Positions 21,282 through 30,988 of a stretch of DNA of 64,000 nt are shown piece by piece; position 1 is the first letter of the stretch, and each line of letters starts with the position of its first letter. The notes beneath the pieces were generated by a model. It was given only the letters and a program-made list of their open reading frames with translations. It had not been told where the DNA came from and made no database searches. The stretch is from positions 76,993 to 140,992 of the IMG/VR virus record IMGVR_UViG_2852743531_000003; one strand, given 5' to 3'. This stretch comes from a virus (lineage: Duplodnaviria; Caudoviricetes). The position numbers and the translations under genes are program-made.

Positions 21282-22511
21282 TCAGCTGCCTGTGTAGTGC
21301 CGCATGGTCATCGTACGGATCACGAGATAGAGCAGCACCGCGGTGCGCACCGACGCAATCACGCTGTCGTTCCGGTTGCCCGTCGCCTGCTTCACACACC
21401 ACTCAGCCTTTTCCCTGAGCGAAAAGAGAGCAGGATCAATGCTGCGCGATGATGTATAGACGCCGCGCAACCTCGCAAGCAGCGTCGGCAGATCGACGTG
21501 AGTGCGAACCATGGTGCGCTCTTCGGCGAGATAATCGAAACTGTGGATAAGCGTCTCATCGAGAAGTTCGCCAACGCGCTTTGCGCGCGCCTGCCGGTAG
21601 TTGTCCGAGATCCACTCGAGCGTCTGCCGGAAGAGCCGCGGCGGCGTTGTGTACATGAGCTTGCAGATCAGCTCCAGCAGTTCCTCCTTGATGAAGGAAT
21701 GCCGGTCGGAGACAATCGACTGCAAGTATCGCGTGTAGGCGAGCAGATTCCGGTTACGGTCCTTGAGCACCACCTCGCCGTCGTAGTCGACCAGCGCCGA
21801 GCTCGACTGGATCCGCATACCCTGATGATGGACCTGCAGAAAGACGTCGTAGATGTTCTTGAGCATGTCGCGGATGCGGCTCTGCGTATCGTTGAGCAGG
21901 TAGATCACCTCAAGGTCGTTGTCCATCTTCGAGATAGCCTTGAAGTGCAGCCCCTGGGGCGAAATCAGATCGCGCGTGCGCTGCTCAAGTACCGCATTCC
22001 AGGTGCCGTACTGCTTGATCGCGAACTTGCCCGAGAGCAGCGCGTACGTGGCCTCGGCCGTCGCGCGATCCGCCGGATAGCGGAAATGCCGGAAGAGGCG
22101 CGAGGTAAGAAATTTGTACTGCAGCACGAGCCCGACGTCCATCATCGCAGCCTGCTTCTGCGTGTCGTTGAGTTTCGGGCTCGCGTAAAGCGTATGCATC
22201 AACCACGCGCACGAGAGGTTCATCGTATCGCTCGACACCTTGAACGTCGGGTTCACTGTCGGCAGCGCGACGAGCTCCTGGGCGAGCACGCCCTCTTCCA
22301 CCTTCAGGATTTCCTCGAACCACCTGTCGCGGTCGTCATCGGTAAAGCGCACGACCTCCACACCCGTGAGATTGCCGCCAAAAAACTTGATGTGGTCGGC
22401 ATTCTTGAAGACAAAGGCATGCCGGTACTGGCTGATCCTGCGGGCAAACATGGCATCGATCACCAGGTCGTGACAGGCCTCGGCGAACACGCCCTCGATG
22501 TTTTTCGCCAT
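21282..22511 (-). CDS. conserved phiKZ-like virion protein (gp32-like)
   Basis: 409 aa; FFGGNLTGV, NLSC.WL, QYKFLTS, F.YPAD, KF.IK.YG.W, LRGVYTSSRS.D segments. Confidence 0.7.
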   Translation of the reverse strand: MAKNIEGVFAEACHDLVIDAMFARRISQYRHAFVFKNADHIKFFGGNLTGVEVVRFTDDDRDRWFEEILKVEEGVLAQELVALPTVNPTFKVSSDTMNLSCAWLMHTLYASPKLNDTQKQAAMMDVGLVLQYKFLTSRLFRHFRYPADRATAEATYALLSGKFAIKQYGTWNAVLEQRTRDLISPQGLHFKAISKMDNDLEVIYLLNDTQSRIRDMLKNIYDVFLQVHHQGMRIQSSSALVDYDGEVVLKDRNRNLLAYTRYLQSIVSDRHSFIKEELLELICKLMYTTPPRLFRQTLEWISDNYRQARAKRVGELLDETLIHSFDYLAEERTMVRTHVDLPTLLARLRGVYTSSRSIDPALFSLREKAEWCVKQATGNRNDSVIASVRTAVLLYLVIRTMTMRHYTGS

Positions 22512-22558
22512 GAGCGCTCCATGCGAGAACCTGCCGGGGATAGCCGGGGAAGATGGAA

Positions 22559-23194
22559 TCAGGACCCGTGTCTGCGCGCGAGCCAGTCTTTCGCGAACGC
22601 TTCAAGCGACGGGTAGACCCTCGCACCCCAGGCGTTCACCAGTGTCTCGAGCGCCTGCCCCAGCTCGACGACACGCGGCTCCGGATTGCTGTTATCGCTG
22701 CCGTTCACCGAGGGCTGCGTCGCGACCATGACCACCACGTAGTTGTCGGGACCGGTGCCATGCTGGCCCCGGGCAGCCAGGTCCTGGCTGACTTCGACGA
22801 TGTCCTCGGGTTTCACGTCGGCAGCTGACACGCCATAGACGGTCGTGCCCGGACTGCCGGACTGCGCATCTGTGCCGGCAAGCTCGACATTGCTGATCAG
22901 CTGGGCGAGCGCGAGCGCATCATTGGCCTGTGATTCAAGCGCCTGCGACTGCCCGCTCACGCCTGTCTGTTCACCGCCATCCTGGACGCCAGGCGATGCC
23001 ACTGCATCCTTTGAACCGGCAGTGGCATCGCCTGCGCCCGGTTCGGCCGGTGGCACGTCGGGACGCGCATAGACCTGGTTCAGGGCTTGGGAAAACACCT
23101 CCGACAGGGGCCCCTTGAGCTCCATCAGTTCCTTCTCGTCCTCTGGAGGGTTGCCCAGCTCGCCCTCCAGTGCTGCCCTTAGCAAGGAAGCCAT
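22559..23194 (-). CDS. acidic putative head protein
   Basis: GGAGG RBS before ATG 23194; several ALE/SLE motifs. Confidence 0.65.
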   Translation of the reverse strand: MASLLRAALEGELGNPPEDEKELMELKGPLSEVFSQALNQVYARPDVPPAEPGAGDATAGSKDAVASPGVQDGGEQTGVSGQSQALESQANDALALAQLISNVELAGTDAQSGSPGTTVYGVSAADVKPEDIVEVSQDLAARGQHGTGPDNYVVVMVATQPSVNGSDNSNPEPRVVELGQALETLVNAWGARVYPSLEAFAKDWLARRHGS

Positions 23195-23702
23195 GAGTCC
23201 TCCCTTCACGCAAACTCGCGCAAACCGCGTCACACGATTCGCGTCAGGAGAAATTTATGGTTGGTACTTCTCGCGCGTATACGAGAAGCATCCTTAGAGA
23301 AAAGAGAGCAGATACTCCGTATCTGCTCTCTATAGAATCAATACATTAAGCTAAAAGCTATACTTAATAACGCTTAACGCGCGCGCGGGCGTGCGCGAAT
23401 TTCCGGCGACGGTAAAATTTGTCGAAGGTCCCCAGTACGCCTTCCTCGAAGAACCACAAACCTCACCAGCCCCTCAAGATCGCCCTCCCTCCGACTCGCG
23501 AAATGCTGTTCCGGGCCGCGAGAATCGTTCGCATGCCGATTCTGGAAGCCGGACAATACGAAGGCATCCATCGACCGTACCGATGGCATACAGCCCGTTC
23601 TGGCAAAACACCGGGCCAGGAGTGCAGGGATAAAGAATACGTGACCAGCAACTCCTATGCACGGGGGTTTGTATCCGCCCGTCCCGACACCCTGGCGCGA
23701 TA

Positions 23703-24506
23703 TCACCGGGGTCCGCCAATCTGCATGCGCAGGATTCTCAACCACCTCTCCCCGTCGTTCATGATCGCGATCTTTGCCCACTTCTCTTTCAGGTAGTCCT
23801 CGTAGTTCTGCTCGGCGTCGGCGTAGCTGTCGATGACCTCCTTGATCTTGCCAAGATTCTGGCCCCCCCTGAGCTCCCCGATGTCGAGTTGCACCGTGTA
23901 GGTGTTGTAGATGTACGACTTGACCGCGTACTCCACCAGCTTGCAGAACGCGTGGAAGCTGCGTAGCTGGATGTTGTTCAGGTTTTCGTCATTCGCCACG
24001 ATGCAGCGCAGGTACGAGTTTGACGGTACGGTCAGCACGTCGCGCACGTGCACCACGTTCTCGCTGATCAGCTCGATGCGCGCGGTCGAGGTGATCGGCA
24101 CCATGCCCATCGCATCAACCACCGCGTTACCCACCTGCAGCATCGTGTTGGCCTGGTTAAGCGCGGCGATGCCGACTGACGAGATACGCGTCGGATCGGC
24201 GAACGACACGTTCAGCGCCGTGAGGATGCTACGCCCGTTGGTACGCTTCTTGGGAATGCGGAAAACCGTGTCGAACGGTGTTTCCCCGCGCTGGCCGCAC
24301 CCGTCCAGCAAAACCCACACTTCCGTGCCTCCAAGCAGGTTGCAGTCGATGAGCACGCGGGGCCTCACCACGAGACTCAGGATCTGGTCCTCGATACCTG
24401 CCGTTGTATCGCGCCAGTACTCCTCGCGCCTGAAAAAAACCACATGCAGCACCTCCGGCGGAATTCTGTAGCGCACGTCAAAGATGCTCTTCGAAATGGC
24501 ATTCAT
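23703..24506 (-). CDS. conserved phiKZ-like virion protein
   Basis: 267 aa; IPPEVL, RPRVLIDCNL.GG, AVKSYIYN, L.GG..LG...E.IDSYADAE..Y segments. Confidence 0.65.
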   Translation of the reverse strand: MNAISKSIFDVRYRIPPEVLHVVFFRREEYWRDTTAGIEDQILSLVVRPRVLIDCNLLGGTEVWVLLDGCGQRGETPFDTVFRIPKKRTNGRSILTALNVSFADPTRISSVGIAALNQANTMLQVGNAVVDAMGMVPITSTARIELISENVVHVRDVLTVPSNSYLRCIVANDENLNNIQLRSFHAFCKLVEYAVKSYIYNTYTVQLDIGELRGGQNLGKIKEVIDSYADAEQNYEDYLKEKWAKIAIMNDGERWLRILRMQIGGPR

Positions 24507-24563
24507 GCAACGGCTCCCGCCCCGCGCCGCGATCGCGCGGTGCGGCCAAGTTAAAAAAAGAAC

Positions 24564-24583
24564 GGTGATATATCACCCATCCG
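24564..24583 (+). promoter_or_regulatory. TATATCAC-N6-G phage promoter motif within palindrome GGTGATATATCACC
   Basis: between divergent genes; the motif recurs upstream of other units. Confidence 0.65.
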
Positions 24584-24625
24584 GAGCAGCTCGAATCTCC
24601 AAACAATTTCTTTCATGAGGAAACC

Positions 24626-24967
24626 ATGAACGCCGAGATAACGGATCTGTTTGACCTCTATAGCGATTATTTCAGAGCACTCGACGAGATGGTTGGCATC
24701 GACACAGCCATCAACTACCGCCAGGTCTATCTGGAGAACTACAAGATCGTCCAGCTGGGCCTTCGCAATTCCGACGGCAGCCGCAAGCTAACGACCCGCG
24801 TATTCGATCGCGACGGCCATCCCGTAGGGAAAGTGAGACTGCCTTACACCGATCAGCGCAAGTGGCACACGCGGCTCGTCGTCGAGGAAGGATTTCCCCT
24901 CGAAACCGTCAGGGAGCTGCTCGATGAGAACAGCCTGGACTTCTACTGGCGCGAACGCATGGAGTAG
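24626..24967 (+). CDS. hypothetical phage protein
   Basis: GAGG RBS; follows promoter motif. Confidence 0.65.
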   Translation: MNAEITDLFDLYSDYFRALDEMVGIDTAINYRQVYLENYKIVQLGLRNSDGSRKLTTRVFDRDGHPVGKVRLPYTDQRKWHTRLVVEEGFPLETVRELLDENSLDFYWRERME

Positions 24968-24995
24968 ACGAAGGCCCTGTTTCCGGAGACTTGAG

Positions 24996-25412
24996 ATGAA
25001 CTATCACGGCACTGCACGTACGAACTACGTGAGCATCATCGACATCGATGGCCTTCGTGCGGCCATCGGACCATTCAACATCGACGTGTGCGAGCACCCC
25101 GAATTCGCCGGCAAATATGCCTTCTTCGTCAGCAACGGCCAGGGCTGGCCCGATCACAGCGTGGATGACGACGGCAAAGATATCGGGCTGAACGTCTGCA
25201 AGGTCATCATGCCTTTCGTGTACGACGGCGAAGTACTCGTCCTGATGGATTCCGGCAATCAGGGGCACCGCTACGTCTGTGGGCGTGCCGAGGCCTGGCG
25301 TCGCCATGCAAACGAGACGGAATCGGTTGCGATCTGCCTGCACTCAATCTACGCCATCGCCGCGGACAGGTTCGCTGTCCCGGTTGGCCACATCAGCGAC
25401 GCGCTGCACTGA
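24996..25412 (+). CDS. hypothetical protein
   Basis: ATG 24996 with GGAG upstream; ARTNY N-terminus. Confidence 0.55.
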   Translation: MNYHGTARTNYVSIIDIDGLRAAIGPFNIDVCEHPEFAGKYAFFVSNGQGWPDHSVDDDGKDIGLNVCKVIMPFVYDGEVLVLMDSGNQGHRYVCGRAEAWRRHANETESVAICLHSIYAIAADRFAVPVGHISDALH

Positions 25413-25517
25413 GTCGATACCGCTTCAGGCGGCATTCCATGGCGAAAGCCATATTTCCCCAAGGCCCCCACGTCAGTGGCGGGCCTTCTTCTCCAACTTT
25501 ATCTGAGGTAAGCAAGC

Positions 25518-26537
25518 ATGGATATTCACGAGCGCGCACGCGGCGAGGTTCGACTTTTCTGCTGCGGCGGCGGTGGCATGAACATCGGCCACAAGGTCGC
25601 CAGTTATGCCAGCGACAACAATAAGAGTGACAAGTTTGCCAAGCTCGATGTGGTGTACATGGACACGTCGAAGGCGAACCTGCGCTCCGACATCAATCCC
25701 GAGAAGTTCTATCTGGTCAATCGCCCAGGCACCATCGAAGGCTCGGGGCAGGAGCGCGCCGAAAACTTCGATCCGATCAGCGCTCGCGTGGGCAACATTC
25801 TGCAGAAGTTCAAGCCGGTCGATCTGAATATCGTTCTCTCCACCGGCGGAGGTGGATCCGGCGCGGTGATAGCAGCCTCGATCGTGTCGGAGCTGCTTGC
25901 GCACGACGCGTCGACCCTCGCGATCTGCGTGGGCGATGACAGTACGAGGAAGTTCGCTCAAAACACGCTCAAGACGCTGAAGTCGTATGAGCGCATCGCC
26001 ACGGAAACGCGGCACTCGCCGGTGAACCTCGTCTATCTGCAAAATAGCCGGGACATGACGCGTGCGGCCATCGACAGCCGCATCCAGCACGTCGTCGCCG
26101 CACTGTGCATGCTCTATTCGGCCCGTAACCGCGAACTCGACGCCAAGGATCTCGAAAACTGGCTGCGCTACCAGAAGGTCACCTCCTACAGGCCGGCACT
26201 CGCCTCGCTCACGCTCATCAGCGATCTGGGCCGCGCGTGTCTCGATGATCTCGGCAATCTCATCAGCGTCGCGACGCTCACCCAGGCCGATCACGACCCA
26301 ACGCTGCCCGTTCGCAACGATGTGCAGTACATCGGCTATCTGGAAGGCACGCTGCCGGAAAAACTGAACCTGAAGGCACCGTATCACTACGTCATCTCGG
26401 ACGGCATCCTGCCCAGAGTCGCAGCCGACCTGAATGCGGTGCTGCAGGAGATGCAGGAGCAGAGCGACACGCGCATTCTGCCCAATGCGATCAGCTCAAC
26501 GACGGACGTGAGCACCAGCAACGGCGTCGTGCTGTAA
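25518..26537 (+). CDS. phuZ: phage tubulin PhuZ
   Basis: CGGGGMNIG, DTS.AN, GSG..R..N, tubulin signature GGGSG; 339 aa; C-terminal NGVVL like PhuZ tails. Confidence 0.9.
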   Translation: MDIHERARGEVRLFCCGGGGMNIGHKVASYASDNNKSDKFAKLDVVYMDTSKANLRSDINPEKFYLVNRPGTIEGSGQERAENFDPISARVGNILQKFKPVDLNIVLSTGGGGSGAVIAASIVSELLAHDASTLAICVGDDSTRKFAQNTLKTLKSYERIATETRHSPVNLVYLQNSRDMTRAAIDSRIQHVVAALCMLYSARNRELDAKDLENWLRYQKVTSYRPALASLTLISDLGRACLDDLGNLISVATLTQADHDPTLPVRNDVQYIGYLEGTLPEKLNLKAPYHYVISDGILPRVAADLNAVLQEMQEQSDTRILPNAISSTTDVSTSNGVVL

Positions 26538-26645
26538 GCGCCGCCGCGCAGATTCATCCTCCCGGGGGCGCGGCTGGCCCCCGGGGAGCACGTACATCAC
26601 CCGCACGAACTCCATTCCACAATTTCACACAAGGATCGAAACCAT

Positions 26646-26939
26646 ATGTTTGCCAAGATGATGATGGGCGCTACGAACGAAAACCGGCACGTGGGGGTGC
26701 CATGTTCGATGGTCGAAGGTGAGCAAATCGAGTTCTTCTACGACCGAAGCGGACGTCCTTTCATGAAGGTCTGGAAAGCTGGATTCCTCAAGGAGATGCC
26801 GGTATTCGGCGATGTGTTCCTCATGAACGAAACCGGCGAGACCTTCTCGCGTTTCAGCCCGCCGCTCGAATTCGTCGGCCGTAACGCCGATGGATGGAGG
26901 ACGATGGATGTGACGCCGGTGGCGATTGGGGTACCCTGA
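26646..26939 (+). CDS. hypothetical protein
   Basis: AAGGA RBS; preceded by TACATCAC-N6-G at 26593. Confidence 0.6.
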   Translation: MFAKMMMGATNENRHVGVPCSMVEGEQIEFFYDRSGRPFMKVWKAGFLKEMPVFGDVFLMNETGETFSRFSPPLEFVGRNADGWRTMDVTPVAIGVP

Positions 26940-26963
26940 CACGCTATGGAACAGGGAGGCAGC

Positions 26964-27470
26964 ATGTCTGACTATCCAAGGAAAATCATCGTGCTTCGCG
27001 AGGCCGAGAAATCCACTGGCGATGGCGATCAGGGCCTCTCGCCGGTTGGCCGCAGACGTGCGGAACGGATTTCCGAATTTGTGATCCGGAATTTTGGCAG
27101 GCCGGATTGCATTTTCGCGACCACGCCAACCAGGCATAGCCTGCGTGCGCTACTTACGGTACTGCCACTGTGGCAAAGCCTCGAGGGCGTGCCTCTGAAC
27201 GCGTGGGTGAGCCCTGGCACCGAGATGGAGTTATGCTGGTCCATCGCCGGTGTCAAGCAGCGCGGCAAAACAATCGGTGGCGACGAGTACGCTGGAAAAA
27301 GCATCGTCATCTGCCTGTATCGTGAGGTGATACCGATGTTCATGCGCTCACTCGGTGCGGCGGCAAGCGATTGCCCGAGCCCATGGCCCGAGGATGATTT
27401 CGGCAGCGTTTATGTCCTCGCACGCGACAACGAACGGGTCATTACGACCCGCTTCGAGATGTTCTTCTAG
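26964..27470 (+). CDS. histidine-phosphatase-fold protein lacking catalytic His
   Basis: IIVLREAEK (RH expected), LSPVG.RRA, R...TV.PL, W..DDF..V. Confidence 0.6.
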   Translation: MSDYPRKIIVLREAEKSTGDGDQGLSPVGRRRAERISEFVIRNFGRPDCIFATTPTRHSLRALLTVLPLWQSLEGVPLNAWVSPGTEMELCWSIAGVKQRGKTIGGDEYAGKSIVICLYREVIPMFMRSLGAAASDCPSPWPEDDFGSVYVLARDNERVITTRFEMFF

Positions 27471-27668
27471 TCATTCGCCACCTCCGGCCGCCATTGCGTT
27501 CGAGTGATTTTTCCGGCAGCGCGGGCAGGTGAATTGCTGCTCAGGTAATCACCTGCCCTGTTTGCTTCCACCACACCAGACAGCCCGATCTTTCAGGGCG
27601 ACACATGCATCTGCCTGAAGTTGTTTAATACAGGTAGTTGCCATTCTTTGCCCGGGGAACCCGCCACC

Positions 27669-28127
27669 ATGTTTCGTCAGGCCACCCTGATTCAGGACGT
27701 GACCCTTTACCGGCACAGCCTTGCACCCTGGCTGGCCGAACTCATCACACAACACGCCCATACAGGCTGTGTCGAGGAGGACGTGCTGGAATGGGTTATC
27801 GCCCACCAGATCGAGGAGTGCTACTGCGTTGTCATCGCCAACCATCATCGCAACTATCGCGAATATTCGGAACTTCACGACAGACTGAAGCATGCCCTGC
27901 CTTTTGCGCTGGAGCGCCTCACCCGGCATCTCGTCAAGGTACCCAATATCTATGGCGACCAGACGCTTACACTGAAACTCACACGGCGCGATCTTTACCT
28001 GCACTACCACCTCGACGCCCCACCCGCCTTTGATCATCATGAACGCAAGAGTCGAGTATCCGGTCATCCGGTCGCTGGTGATCGATCCCCTCCCGACCGC
28101 CTTCATCATCGAGAGAATCCTCGGTGA
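27669..28127 (+). CDS. phage hypothetical protein
   Basis: first gene of the tightly packed cluster before DNA polymerase. Confidence 0.6.
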   Translation: MFRQATLIQDVTLYRHSLAPWLAELITQHAHTGCVEEDVLEWVIAHQIEECYCVVIANHHRNYREYSELHDRLKHALPFALERLTRHLVKVPNIYGDQTLTLKLTRRDLYLHYHLDAPPAFDHHERKSRVSGHPVAGDRSPPDRLHHRENPR

Positions 28128-28704
28128 TTACCTGATTCCTCCACTGGAGGGCATCTACACGCTCGGACAGGCCGTGCCCGTCATGCGGCCCGATCGAACG
28201 TATTACCAGCAACGCATGGACGCGCACGGCGAACAGCAACGTGCCGCCGTTTCGCACCTTGAGGATGTCCAGCAGGGCACGCCCGTCATCGACGATCAGG
28301 GCGAAGTTGCGGTCACCGCCAGCCAGATTCCGTTCCTCTGCTCAGCTTCCCCGTATCCCGTACGCGCGATCGAAGTAATCGAGCGCACCCTGCGCGAGGT
28401 CCTCAGGCACTACGGCGATCCGGATGACCGACGGCTTAACACCGATCCCTGCTCGCTGTATCTGGATCTGCTGCGCCCGGAGTGGCGCCACGAGCTCGAA
28501 ATCGTCGACCAGATCCTCCTGCTTGTAAGCGGCCTCAGAAGTCAGGTCAAGGAATTCGCCGGACACGACAGGTGGATCATCCATTTTCTCAGACGCCAGC
28601 GCACTACCATGATCATCGAACAATCCATTGACTGGCGCATCGTCCAGTACTACAGGCTCAGGGACGAGCTTCGCGAAGAAGCCCGGGAGCAGCCAGATGG
28701 GTAA
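28039..28704 (+). CDS. phage hypothetical protein
   Basis: overlapping cluster gene; DWRIVQY C-terminus. Confidence 0.65.
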   Translation: MNARVEYPVIRSLVIDPLPTAFIIERILGDYLIPPLEGIYTLGQAVPVMRPDRTYYQQRMDAHGEQQRAAVSHLEDVQQGTPVIDDQGEVAVTASQIPFLCSASPYPVRAIEVIERTLREVLRHYGDPDDRRLNTDPCSLYLDLLRPEWRHELEIVDQILLLVSGLRSQVKEFAGHDRWIIHFLRRQRTTMIIEQSIDWRIVQYYRLRDELREEAREQPDG

Positions 28705-29194
28705 GGCAATCGGATATCAGCCTTGCACGGACTCAGTGTCGTCCCCAGCGACGTCCCGTGTAACCACGCTCATTTCATTTGCCGGTATCGTCACCGTGCT
28801 CCGACACCGGATCAGGGAGTGTCTGTCGCGGGACGAATCGGGCTGGGCGTTCGAGAATATCCGCTATCTCACCGACGGACAGATCGACGTGTCGGATTAT
28901 CTTGCCGTGCTGCTCACGGAGGTCCTCACGGGCAACCAGAGCTATATGAGGCATCCCTGTCCGCAAAGCCAGAGCCAGTCAGTTCTGCGCCACATGGGGC
29001 TCGATGACGATTGCGCCCGGGAGCTCAACAGGGAGATGTTTTTCGCGGCGCTGGAGCGGATCCTGGATCACCTGCCGCAATCCGCGTTCAACGATCGCGG
29101 CGAATTCGATTTCCTGCTGACCCGGTTCGACCTCATCGCGATCAGAAACCTCAACGGGACCCACGCCTCCACCGCCGCGGGGCCAGTGCCATGA
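28697..29194 (+). CDS. phage hypothetical protein
   Basis: overlaps both neighbours; GGAG upstream. Confidence 0.6.
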   Translation: MGKAIGYQPCTDSVSSPATSRVTTLISFAGIVTVLRHRIRECLSRDESGWAFENIRYLTDGQIDVSDYLAVLLTEVLTGNQSYMRHPCPQSQSQSVLRHMGLDDDCARELNREMFFAALERILDHLPQSAFNDRGEFDFLLTRFDLIAIRNLNGTHASTAAGPVP

Positions 29195-29631
29195 AAGCAA
29201 TCGTTCTCGACACACGTCCATTGGTGAACGAATATCGCGAGTACGAGCCGTTCTTCGCATTCTACGAAAACGGTATCCGGGATCTGCTCAAGGAAGCGGT
29301 ACTTATCCATTCAACGAGCAGCCCTTTTTCTACCACCTGGCATCCGAAGGGGCTCGTCGGAAAGGTCGAGGCGGATTTCGACTATGCACTGGACTGCTAC
29401 CGCGACTCGTGCGAGGAGACGGCCATGCCCCTGTTCGACGAGCGGTTTCTTTTCAGCAACCTTGATGTGATCCGCTTCGCCGCCCAGTCCATGGAGGATG
29501 CGGTCGAGAAGCTCTTTCGTCTCCATCTTCCCACACGCTTCTTCGAGATCGCCGACGAGCATCAGGGTCAGGCATTCAGCCCGCGCTGGATCGGCTCGGA
29601 CCTCCTTGTTCATGTGCGGCTTTTAAGCTAG
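29191..29631 (+). CDS. phage hypothetical protein (paralog cluster)
   Basis: ATGA coupling; IVLDT...WIGSDLLV. Confidence 0.65.
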   Translation: MKAIVLDTRPLVNEYREYEPFFAFYENGIRDLLKEAVLIHSTSSPFSTTWHPKGLVGKVEADFDYALDCYRDSCEETAMPLFDERFLFSNLDVIRFAAQSMEDAVEKLFRLHLPTRFFEIADEHQGQAFSPRWIGSDLLVHVRLLS

Positions 29632-29641
29632 GGGAACTAAC

Positions 29642-30061
29642 ATGGATATGGTGCAACCTGGACCGATCCTGGTGTGCGCCGCGATCCCGCGCTATGTCGT
29701 CATGGAGACTCCACGGGAGCTTCAGGAACTCAGGGAATGGGTGGAACACCCCTCGAAACCTACGGTCGACATCGAGGCCTTCTACACGCAGCTTTTCGAC
29801 AGCGTGAGTCTCGCCGGCAGACTCGCAGCCGACGAACTGCATGAGTTCGCAAGTGACGTGGGTTATGGCGATGCACTCTACGGCCAGCACGAGCTACTGA
29901 GATACGAACAGCACCGGCTCGCGATGCTGGTCGTGGAGGCGGGCTACGCAATCACGAGGCAGCTCAACGCACTGTGTCTTTACGATGCCGACGGCATTTT
30001 CCCTTACTACTTCAGGGCTTGTTACCCAAATGGGCTACTCCTTTTCGAAAACTACGACTGA
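29642..30061 (+). CDS. phage hypothetical protein (paralog cluster)
   Basis: GGGG RBS; VVMET...LCLYDADG.FPYYF. Confidence 0.65.
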   Translation: MDMVQPGPILVCAAIPRYVVMETPRELQELREWVEHPSKPTVDIEAFYTQLFDSVSLAGRLAADELHEFASDVGYGDALYGQHELLRYEQHRLAMLVVEAGYAITRQLNALCLYDADGIFPYYFRACYPNGLLLFENYD

Positions 30062-30557
30062 TCCGGAAAGCGTGATTCTCGAAACACGCCCTCTTCTTGA
30101 TGACCTCTTCACCCGCTATCCGGATCTTGAGGAAAACCATGAGGAGTTCATCGGGCGCATCGTCGACTGCCTTGCCTACGAGAATCGCGCCCCTGAACGG
30201 CTCGAGGACATGTGCTCTCAGATGGTACAGGATGCGCTGCAGTTCGTTCCTCGCGAAAACGACGGGGCCTGCGTGTCACAGACCGACGAGGACGATGAAC
30301 ACAGGCGCCGCATCAACGCTGTCATGCGCACGGCCAACGAGATGTACCGGGTTGGCATGCAGCTCCATGCGCTCATCCGACAGCTCGGACTCTACCGGGA
30401 TGGCTACCTGCATTACCAGTTCGCAGATCTCGTCGGCCACGCCATTATCCTTCAACGCCTGATGGCGCCGCTGCTCGTCCTGCGTGGGCCGGTCGATTAT
30501 CTGACCGACGATGAGCTCTGGGCCTGGAGCGATACCATCCGGCGGCGTCGTCACTGA
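30030..30557 (+). CDS. phage hypothetical protein (paralog cluster)
   Basis: VILET...LGLYRDGYLHYQF; start uncertain. Confidence 0.6.
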   Translation: MGYSFSKTTTDPESVILETRPLLDDLFTRYPDLEENHEEFIGRIVDCLAYENRAPERLEDMCSQMVQDALQFVPRENDGACVSQTDEDDEHRRRINAVMRTANEMYRVGMQLHALIRQLGLYRDGYLHYQFADLVGHAIILQRLMAPLLVLRGPVDYLTDDELWAWSDTIRRRRH

Positions 30558-30565
30558 GGTGCGCC

Positions 30566-30973
30566 ATGGAACGTCGCAAACCCGACGGACAATACCCGTC
30601 GCGGATTGTGCTGCCCACCGCGGATCTGATCCGCGCGTTTCGCCGGCAGCTGCGAGGCGTGACGCTGTCGGACGCCGGCTTTGAGGAGATCGTCCGGCAG
30701 GTGCTTGACGTATTTCTGGACTGGGACGGCGACGGGCAGAAGCTTGCCGCGCTGCCCGACATTCACCGGTTGACCCTTCCCGAACTCGAGGAAGACCCGG
30801 CACACACCATCCATATCCGTCTGATCAACGCCACGCAGTCTTTCGCGCACCAATTCTTTGAGCGCCTGATGACGTATGGCCTGTTTCGTGCGGGCAACCC
30901 GCTGACCGACCTGGATTACGGGTTCGACTGTTTTCTTGGCGACGACATCGTGCTGTTTCACTGCCCGTACTGA
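30566..30973 (+). CDS. phage hypothetical protein (paralog cluster)
   Basis: GAGG RBS; IVLPT...YGLF..G...YGF..FLGDDIVL. Confidence 0.65.
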   Translation: MERRKPDGQYPSRIVLPTADLIRAFRRQLRGVTLSDAGFEEIVRQVLDVFLDWDGDGQKLAALPDIHRLTLPELEEDPAHTIHIRLINATQSFAHQFFERLMTYGLFRAGNPLTDLDYGFDCFLGDDIVLFHCPY

Positions 30974-30988
30974 TAAACGGGAGGTATC

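Noticed and set aside
25518-26537. Host FtsZ
   Set aside because: Short, no dcw cluster, GGGSG signature and PhuZ-like tail in phage context
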